Shown here: piece after piece, positions 14,601 through 28,900 of the stretch | Numbering within the stretch: position 1 is the stretch's first letter | How the letters are laid out: the number at the start of each line of letters is the position of its first letter | DNA from: the human T2T-CHM13v2.0 reference genome, Homo sapiens | Direction: 5' to 3' (one strand) | Length of the DNA stretch: 64,000 nt | Assembly: GCF_009914755.1 (NCBI RefSeq) | Contig: NC_060933.1 | The notes under the pieces: generated by a model | What the model was told of the DNA's origin: nothing | Database searches by the model: none | What the model saw: the letters and a program-made list of their open reading frames with translations, nothing else | Translations under genes and position numbers: made by a program

Positions 14601-16880
14601 ATTAATTTCCATTCCATTACGGATGATTCCATTGCATTGCATTCCATTCCATTCCATTCCCCTGTACTCGGGTTGATTCCATTCCATTCCATTCCAATCC
14701 ATGCCATTCCACTCGTGTTGATTCCATTCTTTCCATTCCATTCAAGTTGAATCCATTCCATTGTATTCCATTCCATTCGATTCCATTCGATTGCACTCGG
14801 GTTGATTCCATTCCATTGCATTCCATTCCATTGCATTCCATTCCATTCCATTCCCCTGCACTCGCGTTGATTCCATTCCATTCCATTCCATTCCATTCGA
14901 TTCCATTCCATTCCTTTCCGTTCCATTCCATTCCATTACATTCCATTCAAATCCATTTCATTCCGTTCCGTTCCGTTCCATTCCATTCCATTCCATTCTA
15001 TTCGGGTTAATTCCATTCCATTCCATTCGATTGCAATCGAGTTGATTCCATTCCATTCCATTCCATTGCATTCCATTCCATTCCATTCCCCTGCAGTCGG
15101 GTTGATTCCATTCCATTCCATTCCATTCCATTCCATTCCATTCCGTACCGTTCCATTCCATTCCATTCCATTCCGTTCCGTTCCACTCCATTCCATTCCA
15201 TTCTATTCGGGTTAATTCCATTCCATTCCATTCGATTGCAATCGAGTTGATTCCTTTCCATTCCACTCCATTCCATTCCATTCCTTTCCATTCCATTACG
15301 GATGATTCCATTCCATTGCATTCCATTCCATTCCATTCCCCTATACTCGGGTTGATTCCATTCCATCCCATTCCAATGCATGCCATTCCACTCGTGTTGA
15401 TTCCATTCTTTCCATTCCATTCAAGTTGAATCCATTCCATTGCATTCCATTCCATTCGATTCCATTCGATTGCACTCGGGTTGATTCCATTCCATTGCAT
15501 TCCATTCCATTCCATTCCATTCCATTCCATTCTATTCCATTCCATTCCGTTCCATTCCATTCCATTACATTCGGATTGATTCTATTCAATTCCCTTACAC
15601 TCCATTACATTCCATTCCATTCGGGTAGTTTCCATTCCATTCCATTGATTCCTCTCCATTCCATTGAACACGGGTTGATTCCATTCCATTGCATTCCATT
15701 CCATTCCATTCAATTCCATTCCGTTCCATTCCATTCCATTACATTCGAATTGATTCTATTCAACTCCCTTACTCTCCATTACATTCCATTCCATTCGGGT
15801 TGTTCAATTCCATTCCATTCCATTCCACTCCATTCCATTGCACTCGGGTTTATTCCATTCCATTCCATTCCATTCCATTCCGGAAGATTCCATTCCATTG
15901 CATTCCATTCCATTCCATTCCCCTGCACTCGCGTTGATTCCATTCCATTCCATTCCATTCCATTCCATTCCATTCCATTAATTTCCATTCCATTACGGAT
16001 GATTCCATTGCATTGCATTCCATTCCATTCCATTCCCCTGTACTCGGGTTGATTCCATTCCATTCCATTCCAATCCATGCCATTCCACTCGTGTTGATTC
16101 CATTCTTTCCATTCCATTCAAGTTGAATCCATTCCATTGTATTCCATTCCATTCGATTCCATTCGATTGCACTCGGGTTGATTCCATTCCATTGCATTCC
16201 ATTCCATTGCATTCCATTCCATTCCATTCCCCTGCACTCGCGTTGATTCCATTCCATTCCATTCCATTCCATTCCATTCCATTCCATTCCATTCCTTTCC
16301 GTTCCATTCCATTCCATTACATTCCATTCAAATCCATTTCATTCCGTTCCGTTCCGTTCCATTCCATTCCATTCCATTCTATTCGGGTTAATTCCATTCC
16401 ATTCCATTCGATTGCAATCGAGTTGATTCCATTCCATTCCATTCCATTGCATTCCATTCCATTCCATTCCCCTGCAGTCGGGTTGATTCCATTCCATTCC
16501 ATTCCATTCCATTCCATTCCATTCCGTACCGTTCCATTCCATTCCATTCCATTCCGTTCCGTTCCATTCCATTCCATTCCATTCTATTCGGGTTAATTCC
16601 ATTCCATTCCATTCGATTGCAATCGAGTTGATTCCTTTCCATTCCACTCCATTCCATTCCATTCCTTTCCATTCCATTACGGATGATTCCATTCCATTGC
16701 ATTCCATTCCATTCCATTCCCCTATACTCGGGTTGATTCCATTCCATTCCATTCCAATGCATGCCATTCCACTCGTGTTGATTCCATTCTTTCCATTCCA
16801 TTCAAGTTGAATCCATTCCATTGCATTCCATTCCATTCGATTCCATTCGATTGCACTCGGGTTGATTCCATTCCATTGCA
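14601..16880 (+). repeat. Local repeat with 1376-1381 bp offset (about 14600-15500 vs 15977-16880)
   Basis: ATTAATTTCC at 14601 and 15977; ATTCAAATCCATTTC at 14945 and 16326; CCGTACCGTT at 15143 and 16524; GCATGC at 15378 and 16759. Confidence 0.9.
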
Positions 16881-19800
16881 TTCCATTCCATTCCATTCCA
16901 TTCCATTCCATTCCATTCCATTCCGTTCCATTCCATTTCATTACATTCAGATTGATTCTATTCAATTCCCTTACACTCCATTATATTCCAATCCATTCTG
17001 GTTGTCTCCATTCCATTCCATTCCATTTCACTCCATTCCATTGCACTCGGGTTGATTCCATTCCATTCCATTCCATTGCATTCCATTCCATTCCATTCCG
17101 GATGATTCCACTCCATTGCATTCCATTCCATTCCATTCCCCTGCACTCGGGTTGATTCCATTCCATTCCATTCCATTCCATTCCGTTCCATTCCATTCCA
17201 TTCCATTCGGATTGCTTCTATTCAATTCCCTTACACTCCATTACATTCCATTCCATTCGTTTAGTTTCCATTCCATTCCATTCCATTCCTCTCCATTTCA
17301 TTGCACTCGGGTTGTTTCCATTCCATTCCATTCCATTACATTACATTACATTACATTACATTACATTACATTACATTCCATTGTACTCGGGTTGATTCCA
17401 TTCCATTGCATTCCATTCCATTCCATTGCATTCCATTCCATTCCATTCCATTCCGTTCCATTCCATTACATTCGGATTGATTCTGTTCAAGTCCCTTACT
17501 CTCCATTACATTCCATTCCATTCGGGTTGTTCCATTCCATTCCATTCCATTCCACTCCATTCCATTGCGCTCGGGTTGATTCCATTCCATTCCATTCCAT
17601 TCCATTCCATTCCATTCCATTCCATTCCGGATGATTCCATTCCATTGCATTCCGTTCCATTACATTCCCCTGCACTCGGGTTGATTCCATTCCATTCCAT
17701 TCCATTCCATTCGATTCTATTCCATTCCAATTCTTTCCATTCCATTCTATTCCGTACCATTCCATTCCATTCCATACAATTCCATTCCATTCCATTCCAC
17801 TGCGTTCGGTTCCGTTCCGTTCTGTTCCGTTCCATTCCATTCCATTCCATTCTATTCGGTTTAATTCCATTCCATTCCATTCCATTCCATTCCATTCTAT
17901 TCCATTACATTGCAATTGAGTTGAATCCATTGCATTCCATTCCATTCCATTCCATTCCATTCCGGAAGATTCCATTCCATTGCATTCCATTCCATTCCAT
18001 TCCATTCCATTCCATTCCATTCCATTCCATTCCATTGTACTCGGGTTGATTCCATTCCACTGCATTGCATTCCATTCCATTCCATTCCATTCCATTCCGT
18101 TCCATTCCATTCCATTACATTCGGATTGATTCTTTTCAACTCCCTTACTCTCCATTACATTCCATTCCATTCGGGTTGTTCCATTCCATTCCATTCCATT
18201 CCACTCCATTCCATTGCACTCGGGTTGATTCCATTCCATTCCATTCCATTCCATTCCATTCCGGATGATTCCATTCCATTGCATTCCGTTCCATTACATT
18301 CCCCTGCACTCGGGTTGATTCCACTCCATTCCTTTCCAATCCATGCCATTCCACTCGTGTTGGTTCCATTCTTTCCATTCCATTCAAGTTGAATCCATTC
18401 CATTGCATTCCATTCCATTCCATTCCCCTGCAGTCGGGTTGATTCCATTCCATTCCATTCCATGCCATTCCATTCCATTCCATTCCGTTCCGTTCCATTC
18501 CATTCCATTCTATTCGGGTTAATTCCATTCCATTCCATTCCATTCCATTCCAATCGAGTTGATTCCATTCCATTCCATTCCATTCCATTCCATTCCACTG
18601 CATTCCAGTCCTTTCCATTCCAATCCACTCGGGTTGATTCCAATGTATTCCTTTCCATTCCATTGCATTCCATTGCAATCGAGTTGATTCCATTGCTTTG
18701 CATTCCATTCCATTCCATTCCATTCCATTCCGGAAGATTCCATTCCATTGCATTCCATTCCATTCCATTCCCCTGCACTCGCATTGATTCCATTCCATTC
18801 CATTCCATTCCATTCCATTCCGTTCCGTTCCATTCCATTCCATTCCATTCCATTCCATTCCGTTCCATTCCATTCCATTCCATTCTATTCGGGTTAATTC
18901 CATTCCATTCCATTCGATTGCAATCGAGTTGATTCCATTCCATTCCATTCCATTCCATTCCATTCCATTCCATTCCATTCCGTTCCTTTCCATTCCATTA
19001 CGGATGATTCCATTCCATTGCATTCCATTCCATTCCATTCCCCTGTACTCGGGTTGATTCCATTCCATTCCATTCCAATCCATGCCATTCCACTCGTGTT
19101 GATTCCATTCTTTCCATTGCATTCAAGTTGAATCCATTCCATTGCATTCCATTCCATTCGATTCCATTCGATTGCACTCGGGTTGATTCCATTCCATTGC
19201 ATTCCATTCCATTCCATTCCATTCCATTACATTCGAATTGATTCTATTCAATTCCCTAACACTCCATTACATTCCATTCCATTCGGGTAGTTTCCATTCC
19301 ATTCCATTCCATTCCTCTCCATTCCACTGCACTCGGGTTGATTCCATCCCATTGCATTCCATTCCATTCCATTCAATTCCATTCCGTTCCATTCCATTCC
19401 ATTACATTCGGATTGATTCTATTCAACTCCCTTACTCTCCGTTACATTCCATTCCATTCGGGTTGTTCCATTCCATTCCATTCCATTCCACTCCATTCCA
19501 TTGCACTCGGGTTGATTCCATTCCATTCCATTCCATTCCATTCCGGATGATTCCATTCCATTGCATTCCGTTCCATTACATTCCCCTGCACTCGGGTTGA
19601 TTCCATTCCATTCCATTCTATTCCATTCGATTCCATTCCATTCCCCTGCACTCGCGTTGATTCCATTCCATTCCATTCCATTCCATTCCATTCCATTCCA
19701 TTCCATTCCATTATATTCCATTCCATTCCTTTCCATTCCAGTCCTTTCCATTCCATTCCACTCAGGTTGATTCCATTCTATTAGTTTCCAATCCATTCCA

Positions 19801-22800
19801 TTCCCTTCCATTCCACTCTGGTTGATTCCATTCCTTTCCATTCCACTCGAATACATTCCCTCCTATTCCACTCGGAACGATTCCATTCCATTCCATTCCA
19901 TTCCATTCCGTTCCATTCCATTCCACTCGTGTTGATTCCATACCTTTCCATTCCATTCGGTTTGAAGGCATTCCATTCCATTCCATTCCATTACATTCCA
20001 TTCCATTCCATTCCATTCCTTTCCATTTCATTGTACTCGGGGTGATTCCATTCCATTGCATTCCATTCCATTCCATTCCGTTGCATTCCATTCCATTACA
20101 TTCGGATTGATTCTATTCAACTCCCTTACTCTCCATTATATTCCATTCCATTACATTCCATTCCATTCCATTCCATTCCTTTCCATTTCATTGTACTCGG
20201 GGTGATTCCATTCCATTGCATTCCATTCCATTCCATTCCATTCCATTCCGCTGCATTCCATTCCATTACATTCGGATTGATTCTATTCAACTCCCTTACT
20301 CTCGATTACATTCCATTCCATTCGGGTTGTTCCATTCCATTCCATTCCATTCCATTCCACTCCATTCCATTGCACTCGGGTTGATTCCATTCCATTCCAT
20401 TCCATTCCATTCCATTCCATTCCGGATGATTCCATTCCATTGCATTCCGTTCCATTACATTCCCCTGCACTCGCGTTGATTCCATTCCATTCCATTCCAT
20501 TCAATTCCATTCCATTACAATTCGTTCCATTCCATTCTATTCCGTACCATTCCATTCCATTCCATGCCATTCCATTCCATTCCATTCCATTCCATTCCGT
20601 TCCATTCCGTTCCATTCCATTCCATTCCATTCCATTCTATTCGGGTTAATTCCATTCCATTCCATTCCATTCCATTCCATTCCATTCTATTCCATTCCAT
20701 TACAATCGAGTTGAATCCATTGCATTTCATTCCATTCCATTCCATTCCATTCCATTCCATTCCGGAAGATTCCATTCCATTGCATTCCATTCCATTCCAT
20801 TCCCCTGCACTCGCGTTGATTCCATTCCATTCCATTCCATTCCATTCCATTCCATTCCGTTCCGTTCCATTCCATTCCATTCCATTCCATTCCGTTCCGT
20901 TCCATTCCATTCCATTCCATTCTATTCGGGTTAATTCCATTCCATTCCATTCGATTGCAATCGAGTTGATTCCATTCCATTCCATTCCATTCCATTCCAT
21001 TCCATTCCATTCCATTCCATTCCTTTCCATTCCATTACGGATGATTCCATTCCATTGCATTCCGTTCCATTCCATTCCCCTGTACTCGGGTTGATTCCAT
21101 TCCATTCCATTCCAATCCATGCCATTCCACTCGTGTTGATTCCATTCTTTCCATTCCATTCAAGTTGAATCCATTCCATTGCATTCCATTCCATTCGATT
21201 CCATTCCATTCCATTCCGTTCCATTCCATTTCATTACATTCAGATTGATTCTATTCAATTCCCTTACACTCCATTATATTCCAATCCATTCTGGTTGTTT
21301 CCATTCCATTCCATTCCATTTCACTCCATTCCATTGCACTCGGGTTGATTCCATTCCATTCCATTCCATTGCATTCCATTCCATTCCATTCCGGATGATT
21401 CCATTCCATTGCATTCCTTTCCATTCCATTCCCCTGCAATCAGGTTGATTCCATTCCATTCCATTCCATTACATTCCGTTCCATTCCATTCCATTCCATT
21501 CGGATTGATTCTATTCAATTCCTTTACACTCCATTACATTCCATTCCATTCGGGTAGTTTCCATTCCATTCCATTCCATTCCTCTCCATTCCATTGCACT
21601 CGGGTTGATTCCATTCCATTGCATTCCATTCCATTCCATTCAATTCCATTCCGTTCCATTCCATTCCATTACATTCGGATTGATTCTATTCAACTCCCTT
21701 ACTCTCCATTACATTCCATTCCATTCGGGTTGTTCCATTCCATTTCATTCCATTCCACTCCATTCCATTGCACTCGGGTTGATTCCATTCCATTCCATTC
21801 CATTCCATTCCATTCCATTACAATCGAATTGATTCCATTCCATTCCATTCTATTCCAGTCCTTTCCATTCCGTTCCACTCGGGTTGAATCCATTCTATTA
21901 GTTTCCATTCCCTTCCATTCCCTTCCATTCCACGCTTGTTGACTCCATTCCTTTCCATTCCACTCGAATACATTCCCTCCTATTCCACTCGGAACGATTC
22001 CATTCCATTCCATTCAATTCCATTCCATTCCATTCCATTTCGTTCCTTTCCATTCTATTCCGTATCATTCCATTCCATTCCATTCCATTCCATTCCATTC
22101 CATTCCATTCTATTGTACTCGGGTTGATTCCATTCCATTGCATTCCATTCCATTCCATTCCATTCCATTCCATTCCATTCCATTCCATTCCGTTCCATTC
22201 CATTACATTCGGATTGATTCTTTTCAACTCCCTTACTCACCATTACATTCCATTCCATTCGGATTGTTCCATTCCATTCCATTCCATTCCACTCCATTCC
22301 ATTGCACTCGGGTTGATTCCATTCCATTCAATTCCATTCCATTCCGGATGATTCCATTCCATTGCATTCCGTTCCATTACATTCCCCTGCACTCGGGTTG
22401 ATTCCATTCCATTCCATTCTATTCCATTCGATTCCATTCCATTCCCCTGCACTCGCGTAGATTCCATTCCATTCCATTCCATTCCATTCCATTGCATTCC
22501 TTTCCATTCCAGTCCTTTCCATTCCATTCCACTCAGGTTGATTCCATTCTATTAGTTTCCAATCCATTCCATTCCCTTCCATTCCACTCTGGTTGATTCC
22601 ATTCCTTTCCATTCCAGTCGAATACATTCCCTCCCATTCCACTCGGAACGATTCCATTCCATTCCATTCCATTCCATTCCATTCCATTCCACTCGTGTTG
22701 ATTCCATTCCTTTCCATTCCATTCGGTTTGAAGGCATTCCATTCCATTCCGTTCCATTCCATTCCATTCCATTCCATTTCATTGTACTCGGGTTGATTCC

Positions 22801-25800
22801 ATTCCATTGCATTCCATTCCATTCCATTCCTTTCCATTACGTTGTATTCCATTCCATTACATTCGGATTGATTCTATTCAACTCCCTTACTCTCCATTAC
22901 ATTCCATTCCATTCGGGTTGTTCCATCCCATTCCATTCCATTCCATTCCACTCCATTCCATTGCACTCGGGTTGATTCCATTCTATTGCATTCCATTCCA
23001 TTCCATTCCGGATGATTCCATTCCATTGCATTCCGTTCCATTGCATTCCCCTGCACTCGCGTTGATTCCATTCCATTCCATTCCATTCCATTCCATTCCA
23101 TTCCATTCCGATCCATTCCGTTCCATTCCATTCCATTCCATTCTATTCGGGTTATTTCCATTCCATTCCATTCCATTCCATTCCATTCCATTCCACTCCA
23201 TTCCATTGCACTCGGGTTGATTCCATTCCATTCCATTCCATTCCATTCCGGAAGATTCCATTCCATTGCATTCCATTCCATTCCATTCCCCTGCACTCGC
23301 GTTGATTCCATTCCATTCCATTCCATTCCATTCCATTCCATTCCGTTCCGTTCCATTCCATTCCATTCCATTCCATTCCATTCCATTCCATTCCGTTCCG
23401 TTCCATTCCATTCCATTCCATTCTATTCGGGTTAATTCCATTCCATTCCATTCGATTGCAATCGAGTTGATTCCATTCCATTCCATTCCATTCCATTCCA
23501 TTCCTTTCCATTCCATTACGGATGATTCCATTCCATTGCATTCCATTCCATTCCATTCCCCTGTACTCGGGTTGATTCCATTCCATTCCATTCCAATCCA
23601 TGCCATTCCACTTGTGTTGATTCCATTCTTTCCATTCCATTCAAGTTGACTCCATTCCGTTGCATTCCATTCCATTCGATTCCATTCGATTGCACTCGGG
23701 TTGATTCCATTCCATTGCATTCCATTCCATTCCATTCCATTCCATTCCATTCCGTTCCATTCCATTTCATTACATTCAGGTTGATTCTATTCAATTCCCT
23801 TACCCTCCATTATATTCATATCCATTCTGGCTGTTTCCATTCCATTCCATTCCATTTCACTCCATTCCTTTGCACTCGGGATGATTCCATTCCATTCCAT
23901 TCGATTGCATTCCATTCCATTCCATTCCGGATGATTCCATTCCAATGCATTCCTTTCCATTCCATTCCCCTGCACTCGGGTTGATTCCATTCCATTCCAT
24001 TCCATTACATTCCGTTCCATTCCATTCCATTACATTCGGATTGATTCTATACAACTCCCTTACTCTCCATTACATTCCATTCCATTCGGGTTGTTCCATT
24101 CCATTCCATTCCATTCCACTCCATTCCATTGCATTCGGGTTGATTCCGTTCCATTCCATTCCATTCCATTCCATTCCATTCCATTCCGTTCCGTTCCGGA
24201 AGATTCCATTCCATTGCATTCCATTCCATTCCATTCCCCTGCACTCGCGTTGATTCCATTCCATTCCATTCTATTCCATTCCATTCCCTTCCTTTCCGTT
24301 CCATTCCATTCCATTCCATTCCATTCCATTCCGTTCCGTTCCATTCCATTCAATTCCATTCTATTCGGGTTAATTCCATTCCATTCCATTCGATTGCAAT
24401 CGAGTTCATTCCATTCCATTCCATTCCATTCCATTCCATTCCATTCCTTTCCATTCCATTACGGATGATTCCATTCCATTGCATTCCATTCCATTCCATT
24501 CCCCTGTACTCGGGTTGATTCCATTCCATTCCATTCCAATCCATGCCATTCCACTCGTGTTGATTCCATTCTTTCCATTCCATTCAAGTTGAATCCATTC
24601 CATTGCATTCCATTCCATTCGATTCCATTCGATTGCACTCGGGTTGATTCCATTCCATTGCATTCCATTCCATTCCATTCCATTCCATTCCGTTCCATTC
24701 CATTCCATTACATTCGGATTGATTCTATTCAATTCCCTTACACTCCATTACATTTCATTCCATTCGGGTAGTTTCCATTCCATTCCATTCCATTCCTCTC
24801 CATTCCATTGAACTCGGCTTGATTCCATTCCATTGCATTCCATTCCATTCCATTCAATTCCATTCCGTTCCATTCCATTCAATTACATTCGGATTGATTC
24901 TATTCAACTCCCTTACTCTCCATTACATTCCATTCCATTCGGGTTGTTCCATTCCATTCCATTCCATTCCACTCCATTCCATTGCACTTGGGTTGATTCC
25001 ATTCCATTCCATTGCATTCCATTCCATTCCATTCCGGAAGATTCCATTCCATTGCATTCCATTCCATTCCATTCCCCTGCACTCGCGTTGATTCCATTCC
25101 ATTCCATTCTATTCCATTCCATTCCCTTCCTTTCCGTTCCATTCCATTCCATTCCATTCCATTCCATTCCATTCTATTCGGGTTAATTCCATTCCATTCC
25201 ATTCAATTGCAATCGAGTTGATTCCATTCCATTCCATTCCATTCCATTCCATTCCATTCCTTTCCATTCCATTACGGATGATTCTATTCCATTGTATTCC
25301 ATTCCATTCCATTCCCCTGTACTTGGGTTGATTCCATTCCATTGCATTCCAATCCATGCCCTTCCACTGGTGTTGATTCCATTCTTTCCATTCCATTCAA
25401 GTTGAATCAATTCCATTGCATTCCATTCCATTCGATTCCATTCGATTGCACTCGGGTTGATTCCATTCCATTGCATTCCATTCCATTCCATTCCATTCCA
25501 TTCTATTCCATTCCATTCCGTTCCATTCCATTCCATTACATTCGGATTGATTCTATTCAATTCCCTTACACTCCATTACATTCCATTCCATTCGGGTAGT
25601 TTCCATTCCATTCCATTCCATTCCTCTCCATTCCATTGAACACGGGTTGATTCCATTCCATTGCATTCCATTCCATTCCATTCAATTCCATTCCGTTCCA
25701 TTCCATTCCATTACATTCGGATTGATTCTATTCAACTCCCTTACTCTCCATTACATTCCATTCCATTCGGGTTGTTCAATTCCATTCCATTCCATTCCAC

Positions 25801-25933
25801 TCCATTCCATTGCACTCGGGTTTATTCCATTCCATTCCATTCCATTCCATTCCGGAAGATTCCATTCCATTGCATTCCATTCCATTCCATTCCCCTGCAC
25901 TCGCGTTGATTCCATTCCATTCCATTCCATTCC
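16439..25933 (+). repeat. Copy 2 of the ~9.4-kb duplication (offset 11693-11798 bp)
   Basis: Colinear with 4746-14165; differs by scattered substitutions and indels in multiples of 5 bp. Confidence 0.93.
17334..17373 (+). repeat. Perfect (CATTA)8 variant-pentamer run, paralogue of 5641-5680
   Basis: Read directly; offset 11693. Confidence 0.9.
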
Positions 25934-28900
25934 AGAAGATTCCATTCCATTGCATTCCATTACATTCCATTCCCTTGCACTCGCGTTGATTCCATTCCAT
26001 TCCATTCCATTCCATTCCATTCCATTCCGTTCCTTTCCGTTCCATTCCATTCCATTCCATTCCATTCCGTTCCGTTCCGTTCCGTTCCATTCCATTCCAT
26101 TCCGTTCCATTCTATTCGGGTTAATTCCATTCCATTCCATTCGATTGCAATCGAGTTGATTCCATTCCATTCCATTCCATTCCATTCCTTTGCATTCCAT
26201 TCCATTCCTTTCCATTCCATTACGGATGACTCCATTCCATTGCATTCCATTCCATTCCATTCCCCTGTACTCGGGTTGATTCCATTCCATTCCATTCCAT
26301 TCCATCCATTCCAATCCATTCCATTCCATTCCGGATGATTCCATTCCATTGCATTCCGTTCCATTACATTCCCCTACACTCGGGTTGATTCCATTCCATT
26401 CCATTCCATTCCATTCCATTGCATTCGTTTCCATTCCATTCCAATTCTTTCCATTCCATTCTATTCCGTACCATTCCATTCCATTCCATACAATTCCATT
26501 CCATTCCATTCCATTCCATTCCATTCCATTCCGTTCCGTTCCATTCCGTTCCATTCCGTTCCATTCCATTCTATTCGGGTTAATTCCATTCCATTCCATT
26601 AGAATGCAATCGAGTTGATTCCATTCCATTCCATTCCATTCCATTCCATTCCATTCCATTCCGTTCCGTTCCGTTCCGTTCCATTCCATTCCATTCCATT
26701 CTATTCTGGTTAATTCCATTCCATTCCATTCCATTCCATTCTATTCCATTCCATTGCAATCGAGTTGAATCCATTGCATTCCTTTCCATTCCATTCCATT
26801 CCATTCCATTCCATTCCGGAAGATTCCATTCCATTTCATTTCATTCCATTCCATTCCCCTGCACTCGCATTAATTCTTTTCAGTTCCATTCCATTCCATT
26901 CCATTCCATTCCATTCCGTTCCGTTCCATTCCATTCCATTCCATTCCGTTTCGTTCCATTCCGTTCCCTTCCATTCCATTCCATTCTATTCGGGTTAATT
27001 CCATTCCATTCCATTCGAATGCAATCGAGTTGATTCCATTCCATTCCTTTCCATTCCATTCCATTCCATTCCATTCCATTCCGTTCCATTACATTACGAA
27101 TGATTCCATTCCATTGCATTCCATTCCATTCCATTCCCCTGTACTCGGGTTGATTCCATTCCATTCCATTCCATTCCATGCCATTCCACTCGTGTTGATT
27201 CCATTCTTTCCATTCCATTCAAGTTGAATCCATTCCATTGCATTCCATTCCATTCGATTCCATTCCATTGCACTCGGGTTGATTCCATTCCATTGCATTC
27301 CATTCCATTCCATTCCATTCCATTCCATTCCATTCCGTTCCGTTCCATTCCATTCCATTACATTCGGATTGATTCTATTCAATTCCCTTACACTCCATCA
27401 CATTCCATTCCATTCGGGTAGTTTCCATTCCATTCCATTCCATTCCTCTCCATTCCATGGCACTCGGGTTGATTCCATTCCATTCCATTCCATTCCATTC
27501 CATTCCATTCCATTCCGTTCCATTGCATTCCATAACTTTCGGATTGATTCTTTTCAACTCCCTTACTCTCCGTTACATTCCAGTCCATTCGGGTTGTTCC
27601 ATTACATTCCATTCCATTCCACTCCATTCCATTGCACTCGGGTTGATTCCATTCCATTCCATTCCATTCCATTCCGGATGATTCCATTCCATTGCATTCC
27701 ATTGCATTACATTCCCCTGCACTCGGGTTGATTCCATTCCATTCCATTCCATTCCATTCCATTCGATTCCATTCCATTCCCCTGCACTCGCGTTGAGTCC
27801 ATTCCATTCCATTCCATTCCATTCCATTACTTTCCGTTCCATTCCATTCCATTCCATTCCATTCCATTCCATTCCATTCCGTTCCATTCCGTTCCATTCC
27901 ATTCCATTCCATTCTATTTGGGTTAATTCCATTCCATTCCATTCGATTGCAATCGAGTTGATTCCATTCCATTCCATTCCATTCCATTCCTTTCCATTCC
28001 ATTACGGATGATTCCATTCCATTGCATTCCATTCCATTCCATTCCCCTGTACTCGGGTTGCTTCCATTCCATTCCATTCCAATCCATTCCATTCCACTCG
28101 TGTTGATTCCATTCTTTCCATTCCATTCAAATTGAATCCATTCCATTGCATTCCATTCCATTCGATTCCATTCCATTGCACTCGGGTTGATTCCATTCCA
28201 TTGCATTCCATTCCATTCCATTCCATTCCATTCCATTCCATTCCGTTAGATTCCATTCCATTACATTCGGATTGATTCTATTCAATTCCCTTACACTCCA
28301 TTACATTCCATTCCATTCGGGTAGTTTCCATTCCATTCCATTCCATTCCTCTCCATTCCATTACACTCGGGTTGATTCCATTCCATTCCATTCCATTCCA
28401 TTCCTTTCCCTTCCATTCCATTGTACTCGGGTTGATTCCATTCCATTCCATTCCATTCCATTCCATTCCATTCCATTCCGTTCCATTCCATTCCATTCCC
28501 TTCGGATTGATTCTTTTCAACTCCCGTACTCTCCATTACTTTCCATTCCATCTGGGTTGTTCCATTCCATTCCATTCCATTCCACTCCATTCCATTGCAC
28601 TCGGGTTCATTCCATTCCATTCCATTCCATTCCATTCCGGATGATTGCATTCCCTTGCATTCCGATCCATTACATTCCCCTGGACACGGGTTGATTCCAT
28701 TCCATTCCATTCCATTCCATTCCATTCCATTCCACTCCATTCCATTCCCGTGCACTCGCGTTGATTCCATTCCATTCCATTCCATTCCATTCCATTCCGT
28801 TCCGTTCCGTTCCATTCCATTCCATTCCATTCCATTCCGTTCCGTTCCATTCCATTCCATTCCATTCTATTCGGGTTAATTCCATTCCATTCCATTCGAT

